64,000 bases of DNA, from positions 64,668,001 through 64,732,000 of the forward strand of contig NC_087437.1 of assembly GCF_036321535.1 (NCBI RefSeq). The letters are read 5' to 3'. This DNA is from Camelus dromedarius. Lineage: Eukaryota. Made by a program: the position numbers and the translations under genes. Below the pieces are notes generated by a model, which saw nothing but the letters and a program-made list of their open reading frames with translations, did not search any database and was not told the origin of the DNA. Position 1 is the first letter of the stretch; every line of letters begins with the position of its first letter. Positions 36,831-50,280 of this stretch are shown here, piece by piece.

Positions 36831-39019
36831 GATACCTTCTAGGTACCAGGCATTTGGGGAGACTGAGTGGGCAAGATATAAAACATGTAGAAGATACTGA
36901 GAATATGAACACAATGCTGTAACAGTTTAGAGAGAAATAAGTCAAGAGATGGTAGTTTGATTTGGGCCTTAGGTGAATAGGAACAGGGGAATTCCAGGTA
37001 GAAGGAACAGTATGTAGGCAGAAAGTTTTATATATTGGGGGGAAATTACTGGAGTTCAGAATTTGTACAAGGGCACTTTGGGATTACACAGAAGATTGGA
37101 ACCAGGTTATAAAAGGCCTTGAATGCAAAGTGTGAGGTTAGGGAGTCATTTCTGAGCAGAGGGGGTGAAAAGATCAAAGAGATACTTCAGGAAGACTCAC
37201 CTCTACTGCCAGTTTGTTCACGCCCTATCATTTTTGCAGTTAGCTTTGCTGTAGTTCTCCTTATCTTTAGTCTTTGCTTTCTCTAATGCATCTCCCCTCC
37301 AGTCTAATCTCCATAATGCTGTGGCTTCATACTGTTACCTTCTAAGTATTAGACTCTGAACCAAGCATCTATTTTCAGGATAATATGACTAGATCAAAAC
37401 TACTTAGCATGGCATACACCTCCTTTAAAAATTCAATCCCAGAATGGCTCTACCTAGTTATATCTCTCACCACTGCCCTTATTCATACATATTTCTCTCT
37501 CCCCAACCCCCACCTCTTCGAACATACATTTGAACTCTGCTGTCCAGCCACAAAGGCCTGCTTTTCCCTGAACACATGATGTTTCGTCGTTTCTGTGCCT
37601 TTTTCCCTCTTTCTGACACCCTGAAATCCCTTCTTCCTGACCCTGTCTGAGACCCATGACATATATCACCTGAGCAAAATCAAATAAATATTCCTTCCTA
37701 GTATGTTTTAGTCTTGATATTTCTGTTAGGAATATTTATTTATTTACACACAATTGATTTTGAGTTGTTTGGTAATTAGGTGAAGACTAAGTAGACTATT
37801 TTCTAGCAACAATGATGGTTTCTTTTGCAACATGCCTAGCTGCTCTCTGTTCTCGGACCTGGGAGTGCAGCGGATTGCAGAGGACTCTGGCAGTTGCTAG
37901 CAAGTCTGTATTTCTGACTTAGGGGAAGCATAGTGTGAGCATTGTTACAAAAATAGGATTTGAGGAACATATCTGTCTGAAAAGAGCACCCTGTGAATGG
38001 GATCTACTTCTGGGTACCTTCAGGCAGAGAGTGAGGAAATGATAGGTTAAGAAATTCCAAATCATTCTATGGAGTACATTTCAATTGTACCGTAATGTAA
38101 TAAGCCTTTTACCACCCTCCGTATACTCTAAAAGCTTCCCAAAATCATAAAAGGAATTTACCTAAGAAGTAACCTTAGGAATATAGTATAATTGTAGGGG
38201 CAATATAAACTTTTCTCTACCCCTCCCTGCTACTAGATATGGTCAGTCCTTCAGTACTGAAATTGCCTTCCAAGAGGGTGAGATTTTCACCCCACAGTTA
38301 CAGGTAATACATAAAATGCATAATTTTAAAGGGTCAGCCTAAAATTAGATTCATAATATATCAGAATCTTCTTGTTTTGAGGAGGATGAAAGATAGGGGA
38401 AGTTGGAGGTACTACAAAGTTTGGAGACTTACCTTTTGCTATGCTTTGACATTTAGAAGCTGATTAGGGTTCTGGGTCATATACAAAGTTGTAGTCTTCA
38501 AAGAGCCACTGAACTGTGTATATTTCTTTATTATCTCTGTGGACTTGTGTTGCAGTTTATTGTATGATATCTGTTCAGGGCTGTTTTCTGGGGTTTTTTT
38601 GGTGAATTTGTGAGAGAGAATGTATGCCTTTGGAGCTACGTATCAGATAGGTAGTCGGTAATTCCTTATGAGTGATACACATGATTTAATGGCAGTACTT
38701 TTGTGCCCGCCTTCACCTTCATCTGCTCTCAGTCTGTGGGGCTGCCCAAGCTTTTCTCTAGACCCTCTTGGAGTTGCCTTAAGAGCTATGGCACTTTTTG
38801 TACTGTAAAGAAATTTGTACCTGGAGAGGTGGTTTATAGTTCTCTTCCTTCTTTTACAATTTTGCAAGGAATTCCTTCCTTGAGCCTTACCCTTTTTTCC
38901 CTTATCTTTAGCTTTTCTGATATCTTTCCTGTGACATTTAAGAAAGCTTACAGTTCTCAGCAATTCCTGAACAAGTACATTATCAGTTTAGAGATTGTCA
39001 GTGTATTATCTTGAGTTTA

Positions 39020-39200
39020 ATACTGTCCAGTAGAACTTCCTGTGATGGTGGAAATTTGTGCTACCCAGTATGATAGCCACTAGCAACATGTGGCTCTTGG
39101 GCACTTGAAATGTATCTAGGAACAACTGCAAAACTAAATTTTAAATTTCATTTAATTTTAATTAAAATAACCTCATATGGCATGTCTACCATATTAAAAG
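39020..39200. mobile_element. MER3-like hAT MITE
   Basis: 'ctgtccagtagaacttcctgtgatggtggaaat...ccactagcaacatgtggctcttgggcacttgaaatgt'. Confidence 0.65.
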
Positions 39201-39469
39201 CCAAGCTTTAGGCCATGTATTGATGATTCTTTAGCACACAGAGAAATGATATATTTGAAAATTCACAATTGTAGGTTCCATTGGTAAGACTATGAAATTG
39301 ATTAATTCATTACCTAGTTAATGCTGATAAATTCCCATTACTGTCTAAAGAACTTAACAGTATGTCTAAATTGTTTTATTGGAGGGAAATTTGGCTATAT
39401 AGCTAATGAGCAGAGTCAAAACTGGTTAAAGTTCAAAGTAAATAAAAGCTCTAGGAAATGTCAAGATAT

Positions 39470-41310
39470 ATAATCTTTCACCTGGATTGCTGAATCAGTC
39501 TCCTAATAATCTCTTTGCATCTACTCTTGTTCCTCTCTAATCCATTTTCCATACTTGAGTACTTTAACCTAAGCAATCATTTCAGAATACAAATCTGATC
39601 ATGTAACTCCACTGTACTTAAAACACTTCATTGGTATTTCTGTTCTCATGAAAAAGACTAAAGTCCTGTAAAGTGACCTACAATGGTGGGCCTAATTTTA
39701 CACCATGCTTTCTCTTACTCTTCATACTTAAGCCACATTAACTTTTCAGTCCATTAAACACTTTATTTAAATGACTCTTGTCAAGATCACCCATGATTTC
39801 CGCTCTGCTAAATCTAAAAGTCATTTCTGTCAACATCTTTCTTGACTTCCTAGTAACATTCAACACAGTTGACAGTTGCCCCCTTGAAACCTTTCTCCTT
39901 TTGTGACATCAGTCTTTCTCTTGTGGTTTTAGATGCTAGAGTTCCTTCTTGATTGTTGACCCCCTTTATTCCCTACAATCTCCCTCAGTGATCTCTTCTT
40001 GTTTCATGGCTTTAAATAACATTAATTTGTTAGTATAACTTAAGCCTGTTTCAGTGTCAGACTGGTATATTCACCTTTCTACTTAACTCTTCTGCTCATA
40101 TCTAACAGACATCTCAAACTTAACATGTTCAAAATAGAACTTTTTGTTATGCAAAATTTCAAACTACACAAAAGGGTAAAGAGTACCATGAATCCTTGTG
40201 TACCCATCCCTCAGCTCCAAAATCAGTTCATGGCCACTCTTGTTTCATTTGTATACTACCACTTTCCCCATCCTAACAAGATTATTTTGAAGCACATTCT
40301 AGATAGATCTTTTTTTCTGTAAATGTTTCAGTCTTTATTTCTAAAAGATTACAATTTTAAACACAATATCAGTATCACATACAATTAACAATAATCCTAA
40401 GTATCATAAAATATCCTGAGTCAGAATAGAACTCTTGATCTTCCCACTTCTTCCAGGTCTTTTCATCCACCCCTCTCTCCCCACCATTAGTTAATGGCAC
40501 TAACATCCTCAGGTCTCACACCTTAAAAGTCCTCCTATTTCCTTTATCATCTCCCATCACCAGTTCATCAGCAATTCATTCTAAGCTCTATCTTCAAAAT
40601 ATATCCTGAATCCAACTTCCTCCCACTGATTCTACTGCTGCCTCCTAAACTATCTTTCTCTCTTGCATCGCCCACCATAGTAGTCTGCTGAATGGTCACC
40701 CTGTTTACATTCTCCTCTCTAATTCATTCTCCACATAGCAGCTAAAGTTATCTTTTGAAAAATTAATTGTTACATCATTCCCTTGCCTAAAACCCTGTTG
40801 CCTTTAGAACAGAATTCTTAATTGTTTCTGTGGTCTCTGTTGTCCATCTTCAACTCTGATCTCACCACTTTTTCTCTTATTTACTCCCAGCCCTTTTAGT
40901 TCTTCAAACACCCACAAGTTTTTTCTTGCCTCGTAATTTTTGACTTGTTCCCCCAGGTATCCTCTTAGTGGGCTTATTTATCTCATTCAGATCTCAGCTC
41001 AATTACTGCGTCCTAGGAGAGGCCTTTCTTGACTGCACTATATGAAGTATTGGCCCCTCCGCCCCACTAGTCACTCTTTATCCCATTGCCACAGTTTTCT
41101 TTTTTGCAGTACTTTTCAGTACTAAAAATATCTTGTTTATTGGGGTACTTGTTTATTGTCTCTCTCCCCCTATGAGAATTTTGCTCCATAAGAGCAAGAA
41201 CTTTTTCTATTCTATTCACTACTGTAGCCCTGGTGTTTAAAATGGTGCCTAAAGTGTACTAGACATTAGTAAATATTTTTTGAATGAATAGTGAGTTAAT
41301 GAATGAACTC
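39470..41310. mobile_element. L2 relics, interrupted
   Basis: L2-like 'acatctcaaacttaacatgttcaaaatagaact', 'atctcagctcaatt...gagaggcctttc' and the end motif 'aaatatttttgaatgaat'. Confidence 0.55.
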
Positions 41311-43443
41311 TGGTACTCTCTACTGCTGCAGATGTTTAAAGAAGACAGATTGTTGAGGGCTCTCAGCCAAGGAAATCTCCATCTAAAAGGTATAACTTAA
41401 ACCTTGGTCTCAGAGGATCAGTTCAATTTAGACAGTGGGAAATAAGAGAAATATTTTAAAAGTTTTTTGTTTCTGTTTTAATAGGCAAGTTGTAGGAGGT
41501 AAAGTTGGCATTGAGGGTACCTGTCTGCAACTTACCTTTCTTGGCTCTCTAAATAGAGCTGCCACCATTTGTTTGGAATTTGCCACTTGTTGATATTATA
41601 TATCCTCTACTGTGCATAAAATATTATTTAAAAGTGATGATTGCTTAGTGAATATGTTGAGATTATCCCTAACAATTCCAGTTTATACAGAATGGTGATA
41701 CTATTGATAAAAATAGAAAGATACAAGAAGAGGGTAAGATAGTGAAGTTAGTTTTAGTTCTGATGTTTGCCTGTTTTTGTTAGTCTAAATTATGAGCCTT
41801 CTACAAGCTGTTTTACTTCTAGATTGATATCTTGAAAAGGCCATTCAGTTACTAATTAGATTAGTAGCCTGATAGTAATAGAATCTAGGCTGCAGACTGA
41901 GACTGAATGGCCTGAATGGTCATTACAATTGGAAACACCTAACTGTTCATTATGGGGAAAGTGACCAGATAAGTTGTGATTCCTCCACAGAATAAAATAT
42001 TTATGCAACTATTAAAAATATCTAAAAGGTATTTTTAGTAACATGGGCAAAATCTCATGGTATAATTTCATAAAGTAGACCTTTAAATGTTATGTAATAC
42101 CTCAGTCTTATAAAAATATTCATAATTTGTATAGAAAAAACAAAAGGGACATGATGGTTAATTATGGATGATTTTTATTTTCTTTAAATTTTTTCTGTGT
42201 TTTCCAAAATGATTGTATAATACTTTAATCACAATAAAAGTTTGTTTTAACAAATGGATGAAGAAAATGATGGAGTTGGTTTCAGTCATGAATTTAAGTT
42301 TGGCAAAGGAAAGAAATAGGTTGGTATATAGAGGGAGATAGAAGATCAAGTACAGGTGCTTTTAATACATGTTAATATTGAATGTTAACTTGTTGGATGT
42401 TTTTAATAAGTATAAACCTAGGATTATACACTTTTATTTTCTTGATGATTGTTCAGTGATTGTGTTTTGTTTTGTGGGTCTGGGATGAGGTGGGGGCCGG
42501 GGTGAGGTTGGGGACAGGGATTAAAAAAGAAAGAGAAGGGCATACTGCTAGAAACCTTTTCTGGAACTTATATTATCAGAAGGTAGCTGATGCCCAGCCT
42601 TTCTCCAGTGACAAGTGAACAAAATGACCGTCATCAAAATTTGTGAAGGAGGGACTGTGCTGTGTTGATACACTCATCAGAGTCAGAAAGTCCCCTGCTG
42701 TTTAGGTATTATTTTTCTTTTGGTTGGCTTTTTGAGAGTTGGAGCCTTTTTTAGGGGGAAGAGATCCTTGGGAAATAGGTACTTGGGTTACTGAGAAAAG
42801 GTAAAACTAATTTCTACTTGTTCTATGAACAAGAAAGCCACAAAGAGATTTGATTCCTTTTCTGGCAGCATACTTTATTTATTTCTGTTACAAAAATAAC
42901 ACACAATTGTAGTAAAAAACTAAAAAACAAAAAGCCTATAAACATATAGATTAATTTCTGCAAGTTAATCGCTTCTGGTAGTTTCTTGTATATCTTTCCA
43001 GAAGTTCTCTAGCATCATATTTTAGAATGATAGACAAAGAGGGAATAGAGCAAGAATTATGCTGGATTGTTTGGGACAATTTGAGATAATCAGGTTCAGT
43101 AGAATCATGTATTGACTGTATACTGGAGATGGAAAGATCACCCTGTGCCAACAAATGGGGTTTGGAAATGAATGAAACAATCTTTACCCTTAAGATGATC
43201 ACATTTGGGCCAAGGAAACAGCTGTGCCAGTTGTTAGAATTACTATGACATAACTTACCTATCATTCTTGTAATAAAGATTTTCCAGTGGTTGCATTATA
43301 TATAGCGCGGTTTCCCCACTCCTAATTTACAGGGTTGTAACATATCCAAGAGCTCTATTTTATTTTATTTTGCTTAAATGCTTCTTTTTTACCACTTAAC
43401 TTTCCATTCAAGTTATTCTTTTTTTTTTTTTTAATATATATAG

Positions 43444-43650
<207 letters not shown>

Positions 43651-44689
43651 TAATTAAACTGTGGATAAAAGAATGACTTCTTCGTGTTTTCTTGCCCATA
43701 CGTGAGGGTGTCTATAAGTTTTGATCTGGTTTCTACAAACTAAAGAAAATGTGTGATTACAAGTCTGGAAAGAGATGGTTCTAAGGAATTAGAGCAGCTG
43801 TTTTCCCCACCTCGTGGGCAGCCTTTCACTTAAGGAAACCTTATGCACCAAAGAATGAAGGAGAGAGTGAAACAGTCATGTAAAACAGTGGAACAAGAGC
43901 AAAGGCTTTGAATAAATCAATCCTAAGAAGCCAGACAGCTGATAATAAGGAAGAATTAAAACTCTTCACACTTTCTACATCTTCCCTCACTCATGAGAAA
44001 GGGGAAAAGAAGCATTTGGCAGGAGTGAAGGAAAAGCCACAGATAACCTGTCCTTTCCTGAGGCTTTGGTTTCTCAAGTATATATTTTTTAATTGCCTCT
44101 TAAAGATTTCCTTTATTTCTCTCTAATTTCCAAAAGCAAAAAAGAAATAATGATGTAGCTACCTGTTTTTTATAGTTTACTTAGATTTTTTCATTAACTT
44201 AGTAGCTAATATTCAAGTGACGATTTGCTTTTTTTAGGCTCTGTCACAAGATTAGTGTTTGGATTCATAGTCTTGTAAAGAAGGTATTACTTAAACCTAA
44301 AGTCCGTTTCTCAATTATAAAAAAAAAAAGTCAGTTTTGGATAAACTTATTTATTTGTCAGTTAAATTCAAAGCATTAACTGTTAATATCCTGTCTGCTT
44401 TTGTATGAAAATATGTTGTGTTATTAAGTGGTCAGGTAATTCTTACGGCTTCAAAAATTGCAAGATTGTGGGCTTTACTGAGTAGACAGACTCTAGTGTT
44501 AGAAGTAGAGAGCACATTTCCAGGGCCTACTTTCTTTTGAGGTTTGACAGTTCACTTAGTTTCTTTGTAGCTCTGTCTGAAGAACTAGTAGTTTGTAATC
44601 ACTTTAGTGATCGTCCTCACTGACCCATATAATCTCTATAAACTACTCAATCATTTCCATTTACAACCGTTTTATTAACCTAGAGGTTT

Positions 44690-44920
44690 AGAGTGTAGTG
44701 ATTAACAACATGAATTCCAGGTCTAGATTAAGTCCCACCTCTGCTACTTCCTAGCTGGGTGACCTTGAGCATGTTACATAACCTCTGCCTCAGCTTCCTG
44801 ATTTGTAAAATAGTGTCAGAATAGTACCTAGTTCATAGGGTAGTTAGAGGATTAAATGAGTTAATACAAAGTGGTGCACTATGTGTTTTACATATAAATG
44901 CTTGCTGCTTCTATTGTTGC
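44690..44920 (+). mobile_element. MIR SINE
   Basis: 'ctctgctacttcctagctgggtgaccttgagcatgttacataacctctgcctcagcttcctgatttgtaaaat...gaggattaaatgagttaata'. Confidence 0.75.
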
Positions 44921-45552
44921 TGTTATTATTTCTTATCTCTTTGGTGGACCAGGATAAATTTGCATACTAAATTTGGATCCTTTCTATTTTGGATATTCTT
45001 GTGTATGTGTCTGGATTTTTCTCTGTATCCTAGAGGGATCTAACAACAATAAAGACATGTAAAGGATTGTTTATCAAGTATCTTTGCTTCAGGGCTTAGG
45101 CCTGTAGCAGAGTGTCCATGCTAATAAGTACCACTGAGTTCCTGTAAATACTGTCTCAGTTAAGAAGTGGAACTCTGTGAAGCGTCCAGGTTGTTTACAG
45201 TCATCCTGCCTTACTTTAGTCCCTTTTATAGCCAATGAAGGTGTATTTGCACTCTCTAATGATAAATACTTCTTCATAGGAGAACATCAGCAAAGTTATT
45301 ATAAAGCACTAATTTTAGAAATTCCAAATCTTAAAAGTATACTCTTAGTAAAAATAAGATAATTTTAGTGAGATCCCCTTATTAGAGCATATTTCCTTTA
45401 ATCTATGAGTTTTTTTGGCTTTACATTGTTTATTGTTTATTCTCAAGGTAAACATAACAGTCAATACTGAACAATTAAAAAGTCTGTGAACTTGGAACAA
45501 TGGTTTACAAATGCAAAATTATTGGTGTCAGTGATTGATTTGGAATAATTCT

Positions 45553-45636
45553 TTTTTTTTAAACTTTTTTTTATTGAGTTATAGTCATTTTATAATGTAT
45601 CAAATTCCAGTGTAGAGCACAGTTTTTCAGTTATAC
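45553..45636 (-). mobile_element. Very short L1 3' tail insertion with an imperfect TSD
   Basis: T-runs then 'attgagttatagtcattttataatg...tccagtgtagagcacag'. Flanks TGGAATAATTCT (45541-45552) / TGGAGTAATACT (45637-45648). Confidence 0.65.
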
Positions 45637-45866
45637 TGGAGTAATACTAAGCTGTTTCTTTAATATAATAAACTCTAGGAATATATGTTTAAATAGTATG
45701 TTTCTCCTTACATCTTTTTGTCAGAAGTTCTGGAGGAAGATTTAAAACATACAAAAAAATGCCATGATAAAAACTCATTAACTTTTATTTTTCAATTGAG
45801 ATAGTTGATGTACAATATTGTATGTTTCAAGTATACAACATAGTAATATGCAATTTTTTAAAAGCT

Positions 45867-45990
45867 TTTTTGTCGGGGGTAGTTTGGTTTATTTATTTAT
45901 TCATTTTTAATGGAGGTACTGGAGATTGAACCCAGGACCATGCCATGCATGCTAGGCGTGTACTTTTACTACTGTGCTATACCCTACCCC
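45867..45990 (-). mobile_element. tRNA-derived SINE (Vic-1-like), more diverged
   Basis: 'tttaatggaggtactggagattgaacccaggac...ctactgtgctataccctacccc', same family as the 19099 and 35038 copies. Confidence 0.8.
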
Positions 45991-48455
45991 TTAAATGTTT
46001 TTCATACCAAGGGTCATTGTCAGGATTCTAAAACAAATAATGTTTGAAAAATTAGAATTTAGAATTAATTTAGAATCAACCTTTGTTCTAGAAAGAAAAA
46101 TATTTTAAAAAAAACAAACCTATAACCAGTAAAACTGTTGACATTATACTTCCCTTAAAGGCAAAAAGCATTGTTTTAAAATGATTAAAAAATAGTTGGT
46201 GAAAATTCGACTACCAGAAGTTCTCAAAGTTCTGGTAAAAATAAAATAAAACCTAGATAATACCCACTTTGGACTAGTTTTGAATCATTCTCCTGCCCCA
46301 CCCTAGATGTCTCCATTTCACAATTGTTTACCCCAGGTCAAAGAAAGAATGGCTATGATATGGTTATTGTTCAGGATTTTTGTCTGCTAACCAAAGAACA
46401 TGCCTTTTACCTTACTGAGTTCCTTAATAAATTTGATCTCAGTTCCTTTGATAAAGCACTTTATGTACCAGAAATAATTATCATGTGACCAGATCCTCAA
46501 GCATCTGATGCTAATGAGCTAATGAGCCTGGTTTGGTATTATATTTTTCTCACCAAGTCTGTCACTAGCTGTCAAGTGTCCTTACTTCTTTGACATACAT
46601 GTACAGATGTCCATGCATATTCCTCTTGCATATGCTCTTAATTTTGAATATTATTGGATAGTCATGAAAACCAGGCCAAAATAATTGATAATACTGAGTA
46701 AAAGATGATTTGCCCAGTAACTCCTGTTCACCTGGGAGTGGGTTTTTGGTGGGGCTCATCTGAAGGAAAAGTAAGCAGGTGAGGGTAGGAGGGTAGTCTG
46801 CACCCAGAAGTGTATCAGTGGGGAAGGAACCAAGTTAAAGAGGGGAATAGTGGAGGAAAGCTCAATCAAGTAAGGAAACTGGTGAGAGACTGAAAGAAAA
46901 ATTTTGAACATTTTAATAAAATGCACACAATTTGAATTTGATTTTAAAATACAGATAGAAAAATGAGAATATTGTGATAGACTTCTAGTTAGTGCTAATG
47001 TTATTTTACCAGTTGCTGGGGGATTAGACAAAATATCAAAGTAATGAAATAGCATCCGGCATCTAAGTCTTGAGTCATGTTGCCTCTAAATGTTAGAGGT
47101 GGAAAGGATATTAACAACTATATAGTCATAAATCATAATTTTACAAAAGAGGAAACTGAAGCCTGGAAATGCTAATTATTTAGCCAGTCTCACACAGCTG
47201 CAAGGAGAGCTTCTTAACTCTAAGGATGGTTCTTATTTTGGAAAGAATAGTTCCAGTTTGGCTATTGGCTCAATGGCTCCTTTAATCTTCTGTAATTATA
47301 CCTGAAGGAGTTAATAAGTAACAGAAGCAGCATATTAGCCAATGTATGTGGGCCTTGAGGCTGTCCTTGTGAATCTAAATGTTACAATGAAAAATTAGCA
47401 TACTAGAGGTTTCCTAGGTGGCATTAATGTCTGTTAGGCAGTTTAATTCCCTTTCTTCACAAGGATAAGGTTTATAATTAATGCACTTTTAGTGTTGCCT
47501 TCTAGAAATGCAAAAGGTTTATTCTTTCCTGGTGTGTATTAGACCAGTAGTTCTCAACCACAGAGTCCCCAATATGATCATTTAAGAGATGTATTCCATA
47601 TAACTTATGAAGGATGCTTATGGAATGGTTGTTAGCCCTATATTTTATGTAAGATATATGTATAATGGTTAGATATCCCTATTACCTCTATCAGCAGCAT
47701 AGCATTAGGGTATTCTCTCTTCAGAGGGAAGAAGGAATGATATAACGTGGTTAAATGGAGCAAGTCAACACTTAAGTTTTAGATGGAGGTGAACCACTGT
47801 TACTTATGCACCAGTAATTATAATGGTGATTGCTAGATGAAGGCTAATAAAGAATTGCCCATCAGGCACCCTTACTTTCAGCCAGCACACACAGTTGATG
47901 GACCCAGTTAGTTAGCTTTCCTTCATACACAATTTTTCATAATTGATACTTAAACTTTAAAATCTTAAAAAGGGCTTTGTCTTACATTGGTAAATGTAGC
48001 ATTCTTTGTTTTTCTTTATTCACTTTATCATTTTTTGCACTTGGTGACAACATGAGGCCTGGAAAAAAAAGGACAAAAATATAGCAATAGGAAGTGGCCC
48101 AGCAGGTGTGTGAAGGTAGGTGTCTGGTAGAGTAACACTTGGGTGGAATAATGGGGAAAGAAAGGGAAGTAGGGAAAGGAGACTGAAAAAAAGCCCAGTG
48201 TGGGGAGTGCGGGGGGAGGAACAAATCGAGTGGGCAATCAGCTGGACCTCTTCCATCCTCACAGCCATGCCTTTAATCTGTTTTTAGGTGATTAGCTGAT
48301 TCAGCACTGGCCTTTTCTTCCTTAGATTAAATGATTCAATTTTTTAAAAATTGTTTTAGGAAGTATAACATAACAAAAAATAAGAATTTTTTTTAAAACA
48401 CTGAAATGTGACAAATTGGTGTGATTTTTCTCTTTTCATTGCTTTGTTCTTTTAG

Positions 48456-48608
<153 letters not shown>

Positions 48609-49027
48609 TGAACAAGATTTACATTTCTGAAGTAAGGTTTCCAAACTTTACCTTCAAAATATAGGCAGTGGGTTTTTTTTAATTAAAAATAATTTTGTTG
48701 AAGTATAGTTGATGTACAAGTTTTTAATATGAAAAATTTAGAGAAAGGTTATTTAACACAGTACAACCAGGAGATTAAATACTAAATTTTTTAGTGGGCT
48801 TTATTTTATTATATTGTGATACTAATTGGTAAATTAATGTACATTTCATGGATATATGTAGTGTAGCAGCTTTAGCTAAAAGAAACATGGAATCATATTT
48901 TATTTCTATTCCTTTATATACTTTATAGTTAAAAATAAAAAGATTAATATAGACTAACACCACATCAGAAAATCTAGGGAAATTATATTTATATCTATGT
49001 TTTGAGACTTGACTTGAGAAAAACCTC

Positions 49028-50280
49028 TTTTTTTAAAATTGAAGTATAGTCAGTTTACAATGTTGTATTCTGGTATACGGCATAGTGATTTAGTTATACA
49101 TATATATATATTCCTTTTCATATTATTTTTCCTAATAAGCTACCACAAGTTATTGAATATAGTTCCCTATGCTACAGTAGGACCTTGTTGTTTACCTATT
49201 TTATATATAGTAGTTAGTATCTGCAAATCCCAAACTCCCAATTTATCCTTCCCCTCCCCCTTTTCCCCTCTGGTAACCAGAAGTTTGTTTTCTATGTCTG
49301 TGAGTCTCTTTCTGTTTTGTAAATAAGTTCATTTGTGTCATTTTTTTAGATTCCACATATTGAGTGATATCATATGGTATTTTTCTTTCTCTTTCTGACT
49401 TACTTCACTTAGTATGACAGTCTTCAAGTCCATCCATGTTGCTGCAAATGGTATTATTTTATTCTTTTTTATGGCTGAGTGGTATTCCATTGTATAAATA
49501 TACTACAACTTCTTTATCCAGTCATCTTTCGATGGACATTTAGGTTGTTTGCATGTCTTGGCTATTGTAAATAGTGCTGCTGTGGACATTGGGGTGCATG
49601 TATCTTTTCGAATTAGAGTTCCCTCTGGATATATGCCCAGGAGTGGGATTGCTGGATCATGTAGTAAGTCTGTTTTTAGTTTTTTAAGGATTCTCCATAC
49701 TGTTTTCCATAATGGTTGCAGCAAACTACATTCCCAAAAATGTAGGAGGGTTCCCTTTTCTCCACAGCCTCGCCAGCATGTATTGTTTGTGGACTTTTAA
49801 TGATGGCCATTCTGACCATCTGACCGGTGTAAGGTGATAACCTCATTGTAGTTTTGATTTGCATTTCTCTGATAATTAGTGATATTGAGCATCTTTTCAT
49901 GTGCCTTTTGGCCATTTGTATGTCTTCATTGGAGAAATGTTTATTGGTCCTCTGCTCATTTTTTGATTGGGTTGTTTGGCTTTTGTTACTGAGTTGTATG
50001 AGCTGTTTGTATATTCTGGAAATGAAGCCCTTGTTAGTCGCATCATTTGCAAATATTTTCTCCCATTCCATAGGTTGTCTTTTCATTTTGTTTATAGTTT
50101 CTTTTGCTATGCAGAAGCTTTTAAGTTTAGTTAGGTCCCATTAATTTTTACTTTTATTTCTATTGCCTGGGTAGACTGCCCTATGAGAACATTGTTAAGA
50201 TTTATGTCAGAGGATGTTTTCCCTATATTTTCTTCTAGGCATTTTACAGTGTTTTGTCTAATGTTTTAGTTTTTAAGCCA
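49028..50280 (-). mobile_element. 5'-truncated LINE-1 (~1.25 kb), antisense in MIX23 intron 3
   Basis: ORFs [14 protein letters not shown]...[10 protein letters not shown] and QPLWKTVWR...[11 protein letters not shown]...TCTPM are the L1 ORF2 C-terminus. The 3'UTR and poly(A) resemble the 17759 copy. Confidence 0.92.
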